DNA of 64,000 bases from NCBI RefSeq assembly GCF_006345805.1, contig NC_042998.1, forward strand, positions 196,292,001 through 196,356,000. The letters are read 5' to 3'. The translations under genes were made by a program, and so were the position numbers. The notes beneath the pieces were generated by a model. It worked only from the letters and a program-made list of their open reading frames with translations. It had not been told where the DNA came from and did not search any database. This stretch comes from Octopus sinensis (Eukaryota). This document shows, piece by piece, positions 11,478 through 25,239 of this stretch. How positions within the stretch are numbered: position 1 is the stretch's first letter; every line of letters begins with the position of its first letter.

Positions 11478-12300
11478 AAGGCGGCGAGCTGGCAGAATCA
11501 TTAGCACACTGGACGAAATGCTTTCCGGTATTTCGTCTACCGTTACGTTCTGAGTTCAAATTCCGCCGAGGTCGACTTTGCCTTTTATCTATTCGAAATC
11601 GATAAATTAAGTACCAGTCACGCACTGGGGTCGATATAATCGACTTAATCCGTTTGTCTGTCCTTGTTTGTCCCCTCTATGTTTAGCCCCTTGTGGGTAA
11701 TAAAGAAATAGGTATTTTGTCTGACGTTACATTCTGAGTCCAAATTCCGCCGAGGTCGACTTTACCTTTTATCTATTCGGAGTCGATAAATTAAGTACCA
11801 GTTACGCACTGGGGTCGATGTAATCTACTTAATCCGTTTGTCTGTCCTTGTTTGTCCCCTCTGTGTATACCCCGCTGTGGGTAGTAAAGAAATAAGAAAC
11901 GTTAACACGCCGGGTGAAATGCTTAGCGGGATTTCGTCTGTCTTTACATTCTGAGTTCAAATTCCAGATCGACTTTGCCTTTCATCCTTTCGGGGTCGAT
12001 AAATTAAGTACCAGTTGCGTACTAGGCTCGATCTAATCGACTGGCCCTACCTACCTCGAAAATTTCGGGCCTTGTGCCTAGGGAAAAAAAAGAAAGGTTA
12101 GCACGCCGGACGAAATGCCTAGCAGGATTTCGCCCGTCGCTACGTTCTGAGTTCAAATTCCGCCGAGGTCAACTTTGCCATTCTTCCTTCGAGCTCGATT
12201 AAATAAGTACCAGTTACTCACTGGGGTCGATGTAATCAACTTAATCCCCTTCCCCTCACCAAGCTGCCCTTAGGCAAAACTTTGAAATCATTATTATTAA
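11478..12300 (+). mobile_element. Tandem cluster of about 5 partial SINE family B copies
   Basis: Repeated ttctgagttcaaattccgccgaggtcgac core at about 11548, 11730, 11950 and 12145; CpGs retained. Confidence 0.85.
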
Positions 12301-12673
12301 ATCATTTGCAACGAGTTGGCAGAATCGTTACTGCAGACTGGACGCGATACTCAATTTCTTCCAGCTCTTCATGTTCTGAGTTCGAACTCCGCCCAAGTCG
12401 CCTTTATCTTTCATTTTCTCGAACTACTCGTCTTACCCCGTCCCTAAAATCGCTGTAGCAAAATTTGAAACAGCTATTATTACTTTATATCAGGGACCCT
12501 CGAGCATAACACACACACACACACACATTCAACATTCTTCCACACAGTGTGTGTGCCTTTGCGTCTCTGCTTGTTCGTCACCACCACCGCTTGACAGCCA
12601 TGTTGATGTATTCATGTCCTCATAGCATAGCGGTTCGACAAAATACGCCGATAGAATAAGTAACAGGTTTCGG

Positions 12674-12921
12674 TACTACTTAAGAAGAGTGGTCCCGGTG
12701 CGCGCACTTGCGTACTCGGGCATCCGCGCTAGCTAGTCGTGACTAGTCGATCCTACAACGACTACCTAACAAAGTAAATCAAACACAAAAATAAATCATT
12801 TTTGTTAAACAAAGTAAATAAAACACAAAAACACAAAGTAAGGATCGACTAGTCACGACTAGCGAGCGCGGGTGCGCGAGAACGCGAGTGCGCGCACCGG
12901 GACCACTCTTCTTAAGTAGTA
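12674..12921. mobile_element. 248-bp MITE with 81-bp CpG-rich TIRs, inserted in a SINE A copy
   Basis: tactacttaagaagagtggtcccggtgcgcgcac... (12674-12754) is inverted at 12841-12921; the A-rich core has an internal direct repeat. Confidence 0.88.
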
Positions 12922-13621
12922 TCCAGGTTTTTAAAAAAAAGTAAGTTCTGGAGTCGATTCATTCAGCCAAAAACTCTACGAGTCGGTGCCCCAGCCTGGC
13001 CGCAAACTAAAACAAGTAAAAGATGGCCGATAAGAGGTACTGACGACTCTTTACTGTTGATTCCTTTCCTTTCCCGCTCTTTTCCAATCTAAACCCAACG
13101 AACTTCTCCCGTCGAATTAACGTTTCCCTTCTGTCAAGGAAACAAAATCTCGATTCGTTAATGTTTACTTTTAATCTTGCTGATTTAGCCGACACAGGGT
13201 GGCTCTAAGCAGATTATCGTGTTTTAAGAAGAGATTTTTAATTAATAAAAGTGTCAAGGTAAGATATAACGTCTAGTGCACTGTGCTCGGCTAAACTGTA
13301 CTCCATTCTATACGGTAGAGTTAAGATAGGAACTTCGGTACTCTTGACCTTTAGAGTCCCTTTTAAACTATCAGGATTAGAGAAGTAGGAAGAAATTTTA
13401 ATTCATCAATTATTGCAATTGGATGCAGAATGTTGAAATATGTACATTAACCTATAGGTGCAGGAGTGGCTGTGTGGTAAGTAGCTTGCTTACCAACCAC
13501 ATGGTTCCGGGTTCAGTCCCACTGCGTGGCACCTTGGGCAAGTGTCTTCTACTATAGCCTCGGGCTGACCAAAGCCTTCTGAGTGGATTTGGTAGACAGA
13601 AACTGAAGAAAGTCTATCGTG

Positions 13622-13669
<48 letters not shown>

Positions 13670-14399
13670 GAGTGTGTGTGTGTGTATCAGTCTCTTTTGC
13701 CAAACTGCTAAGTTATGGGGATATAAACACACCAATACTATTATAATAGTATTATAATAGTACTAGGCTTACAAAGAATAAGTCCTGGGGTCAATTTGTT
13801 CAACTAAAGGCAGTACTCCAGTATGGCTGCCGTCAAATGACTGAAACAAGAAAAAGAATACATTTGTGTCCAGGCAAACACATGAGTAAGAGTCAATGCT
13901 ATGGAATATTAAGTCGTAGATTAGCATAATCAGTAGAGCATCTGACAAAATGCTTTGTGATACTTGTTGCAAGTCTTTATGTTCTGAGTTCAAATCCTGC
14001 CATGGTTAACTTTGTCTTTCATCCTTCCAGGGTCGAGAGTAATGTACCAGAGAAGTGGTGGAAGTAGTTTGATCAATTGCACCCTGCTTCGCCCCACCCC
14101 CAACTTCTGGCCTCGTGCCTCTGTCAGAAAGGGGTGGCTGGGTGTTTAGGAAGCTTGCTTTCCAACCTCATGGGTTCAGGTTCAGTCCTACTGTGCGACA
14201 CCTTGGGCAAAGCATCATCAACAACAGCCCCAGGCTAATGAAAGTCTTGTGGTTGGATTTGGGAGACAGAAACTGAAAGAATCCCATTGTGTGTGTCTGT
14301 GTGTTTGTGGCAATGAAGCTTTAAATGTCCAAAATGATTTGGCCAGTTTCGCTTACTATCATAGAGTAAATATATATATATATATGTATATACATATAT

Positions 14400-14975
14400 G
14401 TTGGGCCTCACAGAGGCAATGACAAAAAAGCCGAAACCTCTGGAGGTATGCTGTGACTGCGAAGACCTGGCAAATAAAGTGAGTTCACAGCTGTAACCCC
14501 TACACCAGCATCGCATAACCAGCCCACTCAAAAGTACCTTGGATCATAGAGCGACATGCCGTGCTTGAGGAGGCCTATTGAGTCAAGTACTTCAACATCA
14601 ATATCAAAATCAAATCAAATCGAATTGCAATCAATTAGAAATTGTGCTGGTGGCACATAAAAAGCACCATCGAACATGGCCGGTGCCAGTGCCGCTTTGA
14701 CTAGCTTCCCTGCCAGTGGCACATAAAAAGTACCATCTGATCATGGCCGTTGCCAGTCTTCTCTGGCCCCGGTGCCAGTGGCACGTAAAAAGCACCCACT
14801 ACACTCTCAGAGTGGTTGGCATTAGGAAGGGCATCCAGCTGTAGAAACACTGCCAGATCGGATTGGGGCCTGGTGCAGCCTTATGGCTTCCCAGACCCCG
14901 GTCAAACTGCCCAACCCATGCCAGCATGGAAAACAGACAGTAAATGATGATGATAATGATGATGATGATGATATA
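14400..14975 (+). mobile_element. 3' UTR/end of the abundant RTE-type LINE with (GAT)n tail; representative of many truncated copies
   Basis: aaaagcacccactacactc..ggaagggcatccagctgtagaaac..aacccatgccagcatggaaa..(gat)n. Also at about 24075, 32870, 34260, 37240, 38045, 40000, 40650, 47710, 48110, 50225, 53040, 58640 and 62000. Confidence 0.8.
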
Positions 14976-15106
14976 TAAATATATATATTTATATAATAAA
15001 TCTTAGGGTAGCAAAAAAATTTAGAGAAATTCTTTGCTGCCAGTGGTCTAGCGAGAAGAAAAAATTAGTCAATAGACTATATATTATTCATATAAACATA
15101 CAGTGT

Positions 15107-15289
15107 ACATTTAAACACATAAGAGATGGCCATAACAGGACATCTAACTCGCTAGAAAGAGTAGTTAAACTACAAACCACTAATTTTTCATTCCCTTTCA
15201 GAATTACAACTATTAGTGGTTTGTAGTTTAACTACTCTTTCTAGCGAGTCAGATGTCCTATTAAAGCCATCTCTTATGTGTTTAAATGT
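15107..15289. mobile_element. Hairpin/MITE-like element with 78-bp arms and 27-bp spacer
   Basis: 15107-15184 is inverted at 15212-15289 with a few mismatches; abuts a 5'-clipped SINE A. Confidence 0.85.
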
Positions 15290-15685
15290 GTGTGGTAAGT
15301 AGCTTGCTTACCAGCCACATGGTTCCGGGTTCAGTCCCACTGCGTGGCATCTTGGGCAAGTGTCTTCTACTATAGCATCGTACCGACCAAAGTCTTGTGA
15401 GTGGATTTGGTAGACGGAAACTGAAAAAAGCCCGTCGTATATATGTATATATATATGTATGTATGTTTGTGTATATGTTTGTGTGTGTGTTTGTCCCCCT
15501 AGCATTGCTTGACAACCGATGCTGGTATGTTTACGTCCCCGTCACTTAGCGGTTCGGCAAAAGAGACCGATAGAATAAGTACTGGGCTTACAAAGAATAA
15601 GTCCCGGGGTCGATTTGCTCGACTAAAGGCGGTGCTCTAGCATGGCCGCAGTCAAATGACTGAAACAAGTAAAAAGAGTAAAAAG

Positions 15686-15719
<34 letters not shown>

Positions 15720-16628
15720 GTGTATATGTATGTGTGTGTGTGCGTATATCTATATATCTATCTACATACATGTATGTATGTATGTGTTTATGTAAGTAGA
15801 TATTCTAAAGGAAGATGGATGAGGCAGAAGAAGGGAAGCGAGGGTTACAAAAGTGATGCGTCTGCACTATTTGATTGCTGTCAAACACAAAGTATTTTAT
15901 ACTAAACAGACGCAAACACAAAGAAGCCGAGAGCAAAATGCTAGTAGCAGCATTAATCCCTCCACAGTGGATTAACAGAAAAGTGTTTAAAATTCTTAAC
16001 AAATAAATAAAAGCAGTAATCCCAAACAATAATCCCACAACATAATACTGATTGATAATGTATTTGGACAGATTAAGGAAATCCACCATGAATTAAATAC
16101 AGTGTTTAGTTATATTTAAGAAGTCACACATGTCCAGTAGATACGTAGATAACTGTGCTAAATTATATACAAAGAAAAACCTGTTGTTTTAGGGGCCACT
16201 GGAGTTGGATTTCTGAATGTCCTAGTCTAATTTTCTTTATGACCTTAACACATCGGTCCTGAATATAAAATTATTCAGATGACAAACTGAGAAAGAAATA
16301 GATGAAGATGTGATGTCTGCCGTTCACTCAAGCAGTTGCTACATGTTTCTGGACTCTCGTATTTTAAATATTGTTTTCTGTTCTCTTGTTTCGTTGATGA
16401 CACTTTATAAAATATCCATGCAACAACCCACCAAAGGATTTTGGAAATCTATAAAGGACTAAGACATTGTTGTTGAGGATTTTATCAAAGGTCTGTATCT
16501 TCTTCGTAAATTATTGTCTTTCCTAACATTAGCCCTTCACACGGGACCTCTTCAAAACAGCAATCGTACACACTCAGCAACAGTACCTTCCCATGATAGC
16601 AACTTTTCCTGACAACACCTCATCACAG

Positions 16629-17520
16629 CAGTACCTCTCTCCACAATGCTACATCTCTATAATAGTACCTCTCTACCACAGTACCTTTCTCCACAATGCA
16701 ACATCTCTATAATAGTACCCCTCTACCACAGTACCTCTCTCCACAATGCTACATCTCTATAATAGTACCTCTCTACCACAGTACCTCTCTCCACAATGCA
16801 ACATCTCTATAATAGTACCCCTCTACCACAGTACCTCTCTCCACAATGCTACATCTCTATAATAGTACCTCTCTACCACAGTACCTCTCTCCACAATGCT
16901 ACATCTCTATAATAGTACCTCTCTACCACAGTACCTCTCTCCACAATGCTACATCTCTATAATAGTACCTCTCTACCACAGTACCACTCTCCACAATGCA
17001 ATATCTCTATAATAGTACCTCTCTGCCACAGTACCTCTCTACCAAAGTACCTCTCTCCACAATGCTACATCTCTATAATAGTACCTCTCTACCACAGTAC
17101 CTCTCTCTACAAAGCTACATCTCTATAATAGTACCTCTCTACCACAGTACCACTCTCCACAATGCTACATCTCTATAATAGTACCTCTCTACCACAGTAC
17201 CTCTCTACCACAGTACCTCTCTACCACAGTACCTCTCTACCACAGTACCTCTCTCCACAATGCTACATCTCTATAATAGTACCTCTCTACCACAGTACCT
17301 CTCTACCACAGTACCTCTCTACCACAGTACCTCTCTCTACAATGCTACATCTCTATAATAGTACCTCTCTACTACAGTACCTCTCTACCACAGTACCTCT
17401 CTCCACAATGCTACATCTCTATAATAGTACCTCTCTACCACGGTACCTCTCTACCACAGTACCTCTCTCTACAATGCTACATCTCTATAATAGTACCTCT
17501 CTACCACAGTACCTCTCTCT
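16629..17520. repeat. Minisatellite with 50-bp unit (34-bp + 16-bp modules), variable module number, degenerate flanks to about 16570 and 17720
   Basis: ctctaccacagtacctctctccacaatgctacatctctataatagtacct recurs at 50-nt spacing (e.g. 16871, 16921, 16971); runs of the 16-mer agtacctctctaccac at 17190-17240. Confidence 0.95.
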
Positions 17521-17861
17521 ACAACGGTACCTTTGTAGCACAGTACCTCTCCACAAACGCAGCTCTTCATAACTGTACCCCTCCACAGCTGTACCACTCC
17601 AAACAGCACCTCTCTGTTCAGTAAGATCCCCGCCCTCCGCAACACACAACAGTACCTTCCCAAGGCAGTACCTCTGCACAGCTGTACCTCTCCGTTATTG
17701 TACCTCTTCCACAGCAAATGATTAATAACACCAATGTCTCTATCAACAACAACAACAACATCAGACAAAAGCAGTTTCAACATTACCGACATCAATAACA
17801 ACAGCCACAACATTGACAGATTACAGTGAATGCTGTTGCAACGAGAGAAACATTGACAAAA

Positions 17862-17876
17862 ACTACTACTACTACG

Positions 17877-17915
<39 letters not shown>

Positions 17916-20900
17916 GCTGCTACTACTGCTGCTACTACTACTACTACTACTGCTACTACTACTGCTGCTACTACTACTACTACTACTGCTACTACTACTG
18001 CTGCTACTACTACTATACTACTACTGCTACTACTACTGCTGCTACTACTACTACTACTACTGCTACTACTACTGACTGCTTTACTACTACTGCTGCTACT
18101 ACTGCTGCTACTACTACTACTACTGCTACTACTACTGCTTCTGCTACTACTACTGCTACTACTACCTGCTACTACTACTAACTACTGCTACTACTGCTAC
18201 TACTACTACTGCTACTACTACTGCTGCTACTACTACTACTACTGCTACTACTACTGCTCTACTACTGCTGCTACTACTGCTGCTACTACTACTACTACTA
18301 CTACTGCTGCTACTACTGCTGCTTTTGTGCTACTACTACTACTACACTGCTACTACTACTGCTGCTACTACTACTACTACTACTGCTACTACTACTGCTA
18401 CTACTACTACTACTACTACTGCTACTACTACTGCTGCTACTACTACTACTACTGCTACTACTACTGCTGCTACTACTACTACTACTACTAGCTACTACTA
18501 CTACTACTACTACTACTACTAACTGCTACTACTACTGCTACTACTACTGCTGCTACTCTACTACTACTACTACTACTGCTACTACTACTGCTGCTACTAC
18601 TACTACTACTACTGCTACTACTACTGCTGCTACTACTACTACTGTCTACTACTACTGCTGCTGACTACTACTACTACTGCTACTACTACTACTGCTGCTA
18701 CTACTGCTGCTACTACTACTACTACTGCTACTACTACTGCTGCTACTACTACTACTACTACTGCTACTACTACTACTGCTACTACTACTGCTGCTACTAC
18801 TACTACTACTGCTACTACTACTGCTGCTACTACTGCTGCTACTACTGCTGCTACTACTACTACTACTACTGCTGCTACTACTACTACTACTACTGCTGCT
18901 ACTACTACTACTACTACTGCTACTACTACTGCTGCTACTACTACTACTACTGCTACTACTACTGCTGCTACTACTACTACTACTGCTACTACTACTGCTG
19001 CTACTACTGCTGCTACTACTACTACTACTGCTACTACTACTGCTGCTACTACTACTATACTACTACTACTACTCTGCTTACTACTACTGCTGCTACTACT
19101 ACTACTACGACTACTACTACTACTACTACTACTCTACTGCTACTACTACTGCTACTACTACCTACTACTACTACTGCTACTCTACTACTGCTGCTACTAC
19201 TACTACTACTACTGCTACTACTACTGCTGCTACTACTACTACTACTGCTACACTACTGCGCTACTATGCTGCTACTACTGCGCTGCTACTACTGCTGCTA
19301 CTACTACTACTACTACTACTGCTGCTGCTACTACTGCTGCTACTACTACTACTACTACTGCTGCTACTACTGCTGCTACTACTACTACTACTACTGCTAC
19401 TACTACTGCTGCTACTACTCTACTACTACTGCTACTACTACTACTGCTGCTACTACTACTACTCTACTGCTACTACTACACTACTGCTACTACTACTGCT
19501 GCTACTACTACTGCTGCTACTACTACTACTACTACTGCTGCTACTACTGCTGCTACTACACTACTATACTACTACTACTGCTATACTACTAGCTGCTACT
19601 ACTATACTACTACGCTACTACTACTGCTGCTACTACTACTACTACTACTGCTACTACTACTGCTACTACTACTGCTGCTACTACTGCTGCTACTACTACT
19701 ACTACTACTGCTGCTACTACTGCTGCTACTACTACTACTACTACTGCTACTACTACTGCTGCTACTACTACTACTACTACTGCTACTACTACTGCTACTA
19801 CTACTGCTGCTACTACTGCTGCTACTACTACTACTACTACTGCTGCTACTACTGCTGCTACTACTACTACTACTACTGCTGCTACTACTGCTGCTACTAC
19901 TGCTGCTACTACTGCTGCTACTACTACTACTACTACTGCTGCTACTACTGCTACTACTGCTACTACTACTGCTACTACTACTGCTGCTGCTGCTTCTACT
20001 GCTACTACTACTGCTACTACTACTGCTGCTACTACTGCTGCTACTACTACTACTACTACTGCTGCTACTACTGCTGCTACTACTACTACTACTACTGCTA
20101 CTACTACTGCTGCTACTACTACTACTACTACTGCTACTACTACTGCTGCTACTACTACTACTACTACTGCTACTACTACTGCTACTACTACTGCTGCTAC
20201 TACTGCTGCTACTACTACTACTACTACTGCTGCTACTACTGCTGCTACTACTACTACTACTACTGCTACTACTACTGCTGCTACTACTACTACTACTACT
20301 ACTGCTACTACTACTGCTACTACTACTGCTGCTACTACTGCTGCTACTACTACTACTACTACTGCTGCTGACTACTGCTACTAACTACTACTACTACTAC
20401 TGCTGCTACTAACTGCTGCTACTACTGCTGCTACTACTGCTGCTACTACTACTACTTACTACTGCTGCTACTACTGCTACTACTGCTACTACTACTGCTA
20501 CTACTACTGCTGCTACTACTGCTGCTACTACTGCTGCTACTACTACTACTACTACTGCTGCTACTACTGCTGCTACTACTGCTGCTACTACTGCTGCTAC
20601 TACTACTACTACTGCTGCTACTACTGCTGCTACTACTACTACTACTACTGCTGCTACTACTGCTGCTACTACTACTGCTACTACTACTGCTGCTACTACT
20701 ACTACTACTGCTGCTGCTACTACTGCTGCTACTACTACTACTGCTGCTACTACTACTACTACTACTGCTACTACTACTGCTGCTACTACTACTACTGCTG
20801 CTACTACTACTACTACTACTGCTGCTACTACTGCTGCTACTACTACTACTACTACTGCTGCTACTACTGCTGCTACTACTACTGCTACTACTACTGCTGC

Positions 20901-22269
20901 TACTACTACTACTACTGCTACTACTACTGCTGCTACTACTACTACTACTGCTGCTACTACTGCTGCTACTACTACTACTACTGCTACTACTACTGCTGCT
21001 ACTACTACTACTACTGCTGCTACTACTGCTGCTACTACTACTACTACTGCTACTACTACTGCTGCTACTACTACTACTACTACTGCTGCTACTACTGCTG
21101 CTACTACTACTACTACTACTGCTGCTACTACTGCTGCTACTACTACTGCTACTACTACTGCTGCTACTACTACTACTACTGCTACTACTACTGCTGCTAC
21201 TACTACTACTACTGCTGCTACTACTGCTGCTACTACTACTACTACTGCTACTACTACTGCTGCTACTACTACTACTACTGCTGCTACTACTGCTGCTACT
21301 ACTACTACTACTGCTACTACTACTGCTGCTACTACTGCTGCTACTACTACTACTGCTGCTACTACTACTACTACTACTGCTACTACTACTGCTACTACTA
21401 CTGCTGCTACTACTACTACTACTACTACTACTACAACTACTACTACTGCTACTACTACTGCTACTACTACTGCTGCTACTACTACTACTACTACTGCTAC
21501 TACTACTGCTGCTACTACTGCTGCTACTACTACTACTGCTGCTACTACTACTACTACTACTGCTACTACTACTGCTACTACTACTGCTGCTACTACTACT
21601 ACTACTACTACTACTACAACTACTACTACTGCTACTACTACTGCTACTACTACTGCTGCTACTACTGCTGCTACTACTACTACTACTACTGCTACTACTA
21701 CTGCTACTACTACTGCTGCTACTACTACTACTACTACTACTACTACAACTACTACTACTGCTACTACTACTGCTACTACTACTGCTGCTACTACTGCTGC
21801 TACTACTGCTGCTACTACTACTACTACTACTACTACTACAACTACTACTACTGCTACTACTACTGCTACTACTACTGCTGCTACTACTGCTACTACTACT
21901 GCTACTACTACTGCTGCTACTACTGCTGCTACTACTACTACTGCTGCTACTACTACTACTACTACTGCTACTACTACTGCTACTACTACTGCTGCTACTA
22001 CTGCTGCTACTACTACTACTACTACTGCTGCTACTACTGCTGCTACTACTACTACTGCTGCTACTACTACTACTACTACTGCTACTACTACTGCTACTAC
22101 TACTGCTGCTACTACTACTACTACTACTGCTACTACTACTGCTACTACTACTGCTGCTACTACTACTACTACTGCTGCTACTACTGCTGCTACTACTACT
22201 ACTACTGCTACTACTACTGCTGCTACTACTACGACTACTACTACTACTGCTACTACTACGACTACTACT
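17862..22269. repeat. 4.4-kb mixed (ACT/GCT)n trinucleotide array followed by (GTT)n to 22320
   Basis: Direct reading. Recurrent 36-bp super-unit (ACT)6 GCT (ACT)3 (GCT)2; no frameshift between 20452 and 22332 (626-aa ORF on minus). Confidence 0.98.
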
Positions 22270-25239
22270 GATGTTGCTGTTGCTGTTGTTGTTGTTGTTG
22301 TTGTTGTTGTTGTCGTTGTTGCTAAGCAACAAGATGGGTAAGGGTGATTAGGTGATGGTCTAGGGCTTAGGGCCAGGAGACCCCAGACCTCGGGAAAAAA
22401 AAAATTTGGTCATCTTGTTGTAGTCGAGGACTCTTCGTTGACGCCCAACACCACTGGGAGGTGGCCCGCGAAATTGCTGCTACTACTACTACTTCTAAGT
22501 GCAGTGAGTGCTTGAATTTGAAATGTCAGTCATGTCACGCATCAAACACAGATTTCCTTGATCTCATGTAATATTTATTCTTTCCTTGCTTTGCAAAGTT
22601 CATCGTTGTCTGCAGACTTCCAGAACATTCCTTGTGGACATTCTGAACGGATGATCAAACTCATCCCTCATTCAAGTTGCGCAAATGGATCTGTCTGGAA
22701 CTCCCACCTTTGCACTTTCACTTTCGGCTAAATTTCCTTTGTTCAAAGATTAATGTGGCTCCCTTTATTATTTCTAACAGATTCAATCTGGAAAGCAATG
22801 AAAATTAAGTGAATTACCAGATGTTAAAGTTTTTCTAACAGTATGTATTTATGTATGTATGTATGTATGTGCAGATTTGTATGTTTTATGTATATATTCT
22901 CATGCATATACTTGCATATCTAGACATGCTCATATATATTTAAAAGATAAACTTCTGGAAAGTTTTACAGATATTTACAGTTCCAGTGATGGATTGGATC
23001 CGTAGTCTTCGAGTCAGCTTTCCCCTTTCTGGTTTTGAGAAGCCTAATTTCTCAAGATTGGTATTAAGGCAGTGTGTTACATATTCCAGGGTCCCGATAA
23101 TTATAGGTATAAAGATTTATGTATGAATGTATATATATGGATGGATGGATGGATGTATCATCTATCTATCTACACACACACACAAAGACTTGTGCACACA
23201 CATATTCTTTTATTCTTTTATTTGTTTCATTTATTTGACAATGGTCATGCTAGAGCACTGCTTTTAGTTGAACAAATCGACCCCAGAACTTATTCTTTAT
23301 AAGCTTAGTACTTATTCTATCGGTCGCTTTATGCTGAACTGCTAAATTATGGGGACATAAACACACCAACATTGGTTGTCAAGCAGTGATGGAGGACAAA
23401 CACAGGCTCAAAGATACACACACACACACACACACACACATACACACACACATACACACACACACACATACATACATACATACATACATACATACATACA
23501 TACAAACATACATACAAACATACATACATAAATACTGTGTGGTAAGAAGCTTGCTTCCCAACCACATGGTTCTTGGTTCAGTCCCACTGCATGGCACCTT
23601 GGGTAGGTGTCTTCTAGTATGACCTCAGGCCAATCAAAGCCTTATGAGTGGGTTTGGTAGATGGAAACTGAAAGAAGCTTGTTGTGTGTGTGTGTGTGTG
23701 TGTTTGTGTCTGTGTTTATCCCCCCACCATCGCCTGACAACAGATGCCAGTGTGTTTACATCCCTGTATCTTAGCGGTTTGGCAAACAAGACTGATAGAA
23801 CAAGTACTAGGCTTACGAAGAATAAGTCCTGGTGTCAATTTGTTCAACTAACAGCAATGCTCCAGCATGGCCACAGTCAAATGACTGAAATAGTTAAAAG
23901 AATATATATATATTCTTTCAGTTTCCATCTACCAAATCCATTCACAAGGCTTTGGTCAGCCTGAGGTAATACTAGAAGACACTTGCCCTAGGTTCCAAGC
24001 AGTGGGACTGAACCCAGAACCATGTGGCTGAAAAGCAAGCTTGTTACCACACAGACATGCCTGCACTTATATATACCCAAGTGAGACTGTAACTATGGTC
24101 TATTCCAGTGCAGCATAACCAGCCCATTTATGAGTACTTTTCAGTCATTGGGCAATATGCTATGCTTGAGAAGACCTGTTGAGTCAAGTGAAACCATCGT
24201 CGTGGCCAATGCCAGTACTGTCTGACTGGTATGTAAAAAGCACCATTTGCGTATGGTCAATGCCAGTGGCATGTAAGAAGCACCATTCAAGCGTGTTCGT
24301 TGCCAGTACCACCAGACTGGTTCTTGTGCTGGTGGCATGTAAAAAGCACAATTCCAGTCTGGTCATTGCCAGTGCTGCCTGACTGGCCCTCATGCCAGTG
24401 GTGCGTAAAAAGCACCCACTACACTCTTGGAGTGGTTGGCATTAGGAATGGCATCCAGCTGTAGAAACTTTGCCAGATCAGATTGAAGCCTGGTGCAGCC
24501 TCCTGGCTCGCCAACCCTCAGTCAAACCATCCAACCCATGCCAGCATGGAAACTGGACGTTAAATGACGATGGTGATGATGATGATGATGATGATGATAT
24601 ATATACATAATAAACTGAAGAATAAGCTGACCTTTAATCCTTTGGCATTACCGATTACTCTGTCAAAATTAATTCCTATTTAATCAAATTGTTTTGAATT
24701 AATCCTGCATTATCTCATAGATTTTAGATTTTGATGAAGTAACTGTTAATTTAAGAATGACATTGTAGGTTAGGTGTAAGAGGCTAAATCTGGCCAGTTA
24801 ACCCCTTTAGCATTCAAATTACTTTGTCAAATGTAATGCTTATCTATTCATGGTGAAGATCTTTGAACTGTGGGCCTCACAAAGGCAATGACTAGTGACC
24901 GAGACCTGTGGCGATATGCTATGTTTGAGAAGAGCCGTCAAGCCAAGTGAAATCATTGTCTTGGCAGACACTGGTATCACATAAGTGGCACCAGTGCCAG
25001 TGGAATGTATAAGAACCCATTACAGTCCTGGAGTTGGCGTTTGGAAGGGCATTCAGATGTAGAGGCCATGCCATATCAGACTAGAGTCTGGCACAAGTTT
25101 CCAGCTTGCCAACCCTGGTCAAACTGTCCAATCCACAACAGCACGGGACAACAGATGTTAAATAATGATGATTTTGATGATGATGATGATGATGAGGATG
25201 ATGATGATGATGATGATATATCACTCTACTGTATGGCAG

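Noticed and set aside
15800-16600. Protein-like unique stretch upstream of the minisatellite
   Set aside because: Stops in all three plus frames and no convincing splice pair or recognisable family.
20452-22332. 626-aa poly-Ser ORF on minus
   Set aside because: Automatic consequence of (AGT/AGC)n. No splice context or non-repetitive domain; if anything is coded here, the plus Thr/Ala frame has the donor.
22338-22375. TTAGGG-like telomeric motif
   Set aside because: Only one exact hexamer in degenerate G-rich sequence.
22600-22730. FQNIPCGHSERMIKL, faintly like a transposase PCH..VER motif
   Set aside because: Short match, no other motifs, stop soon after.
22782-22809. 28-nt exon candidate (xSIWKAMKIK) that also ends in phase 2 and could precede 26668
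   Set aside because: Donor TAA|gtgaat is weak. Not called, but it is the main alternative to the Thr/Ala-exon hypothesis.
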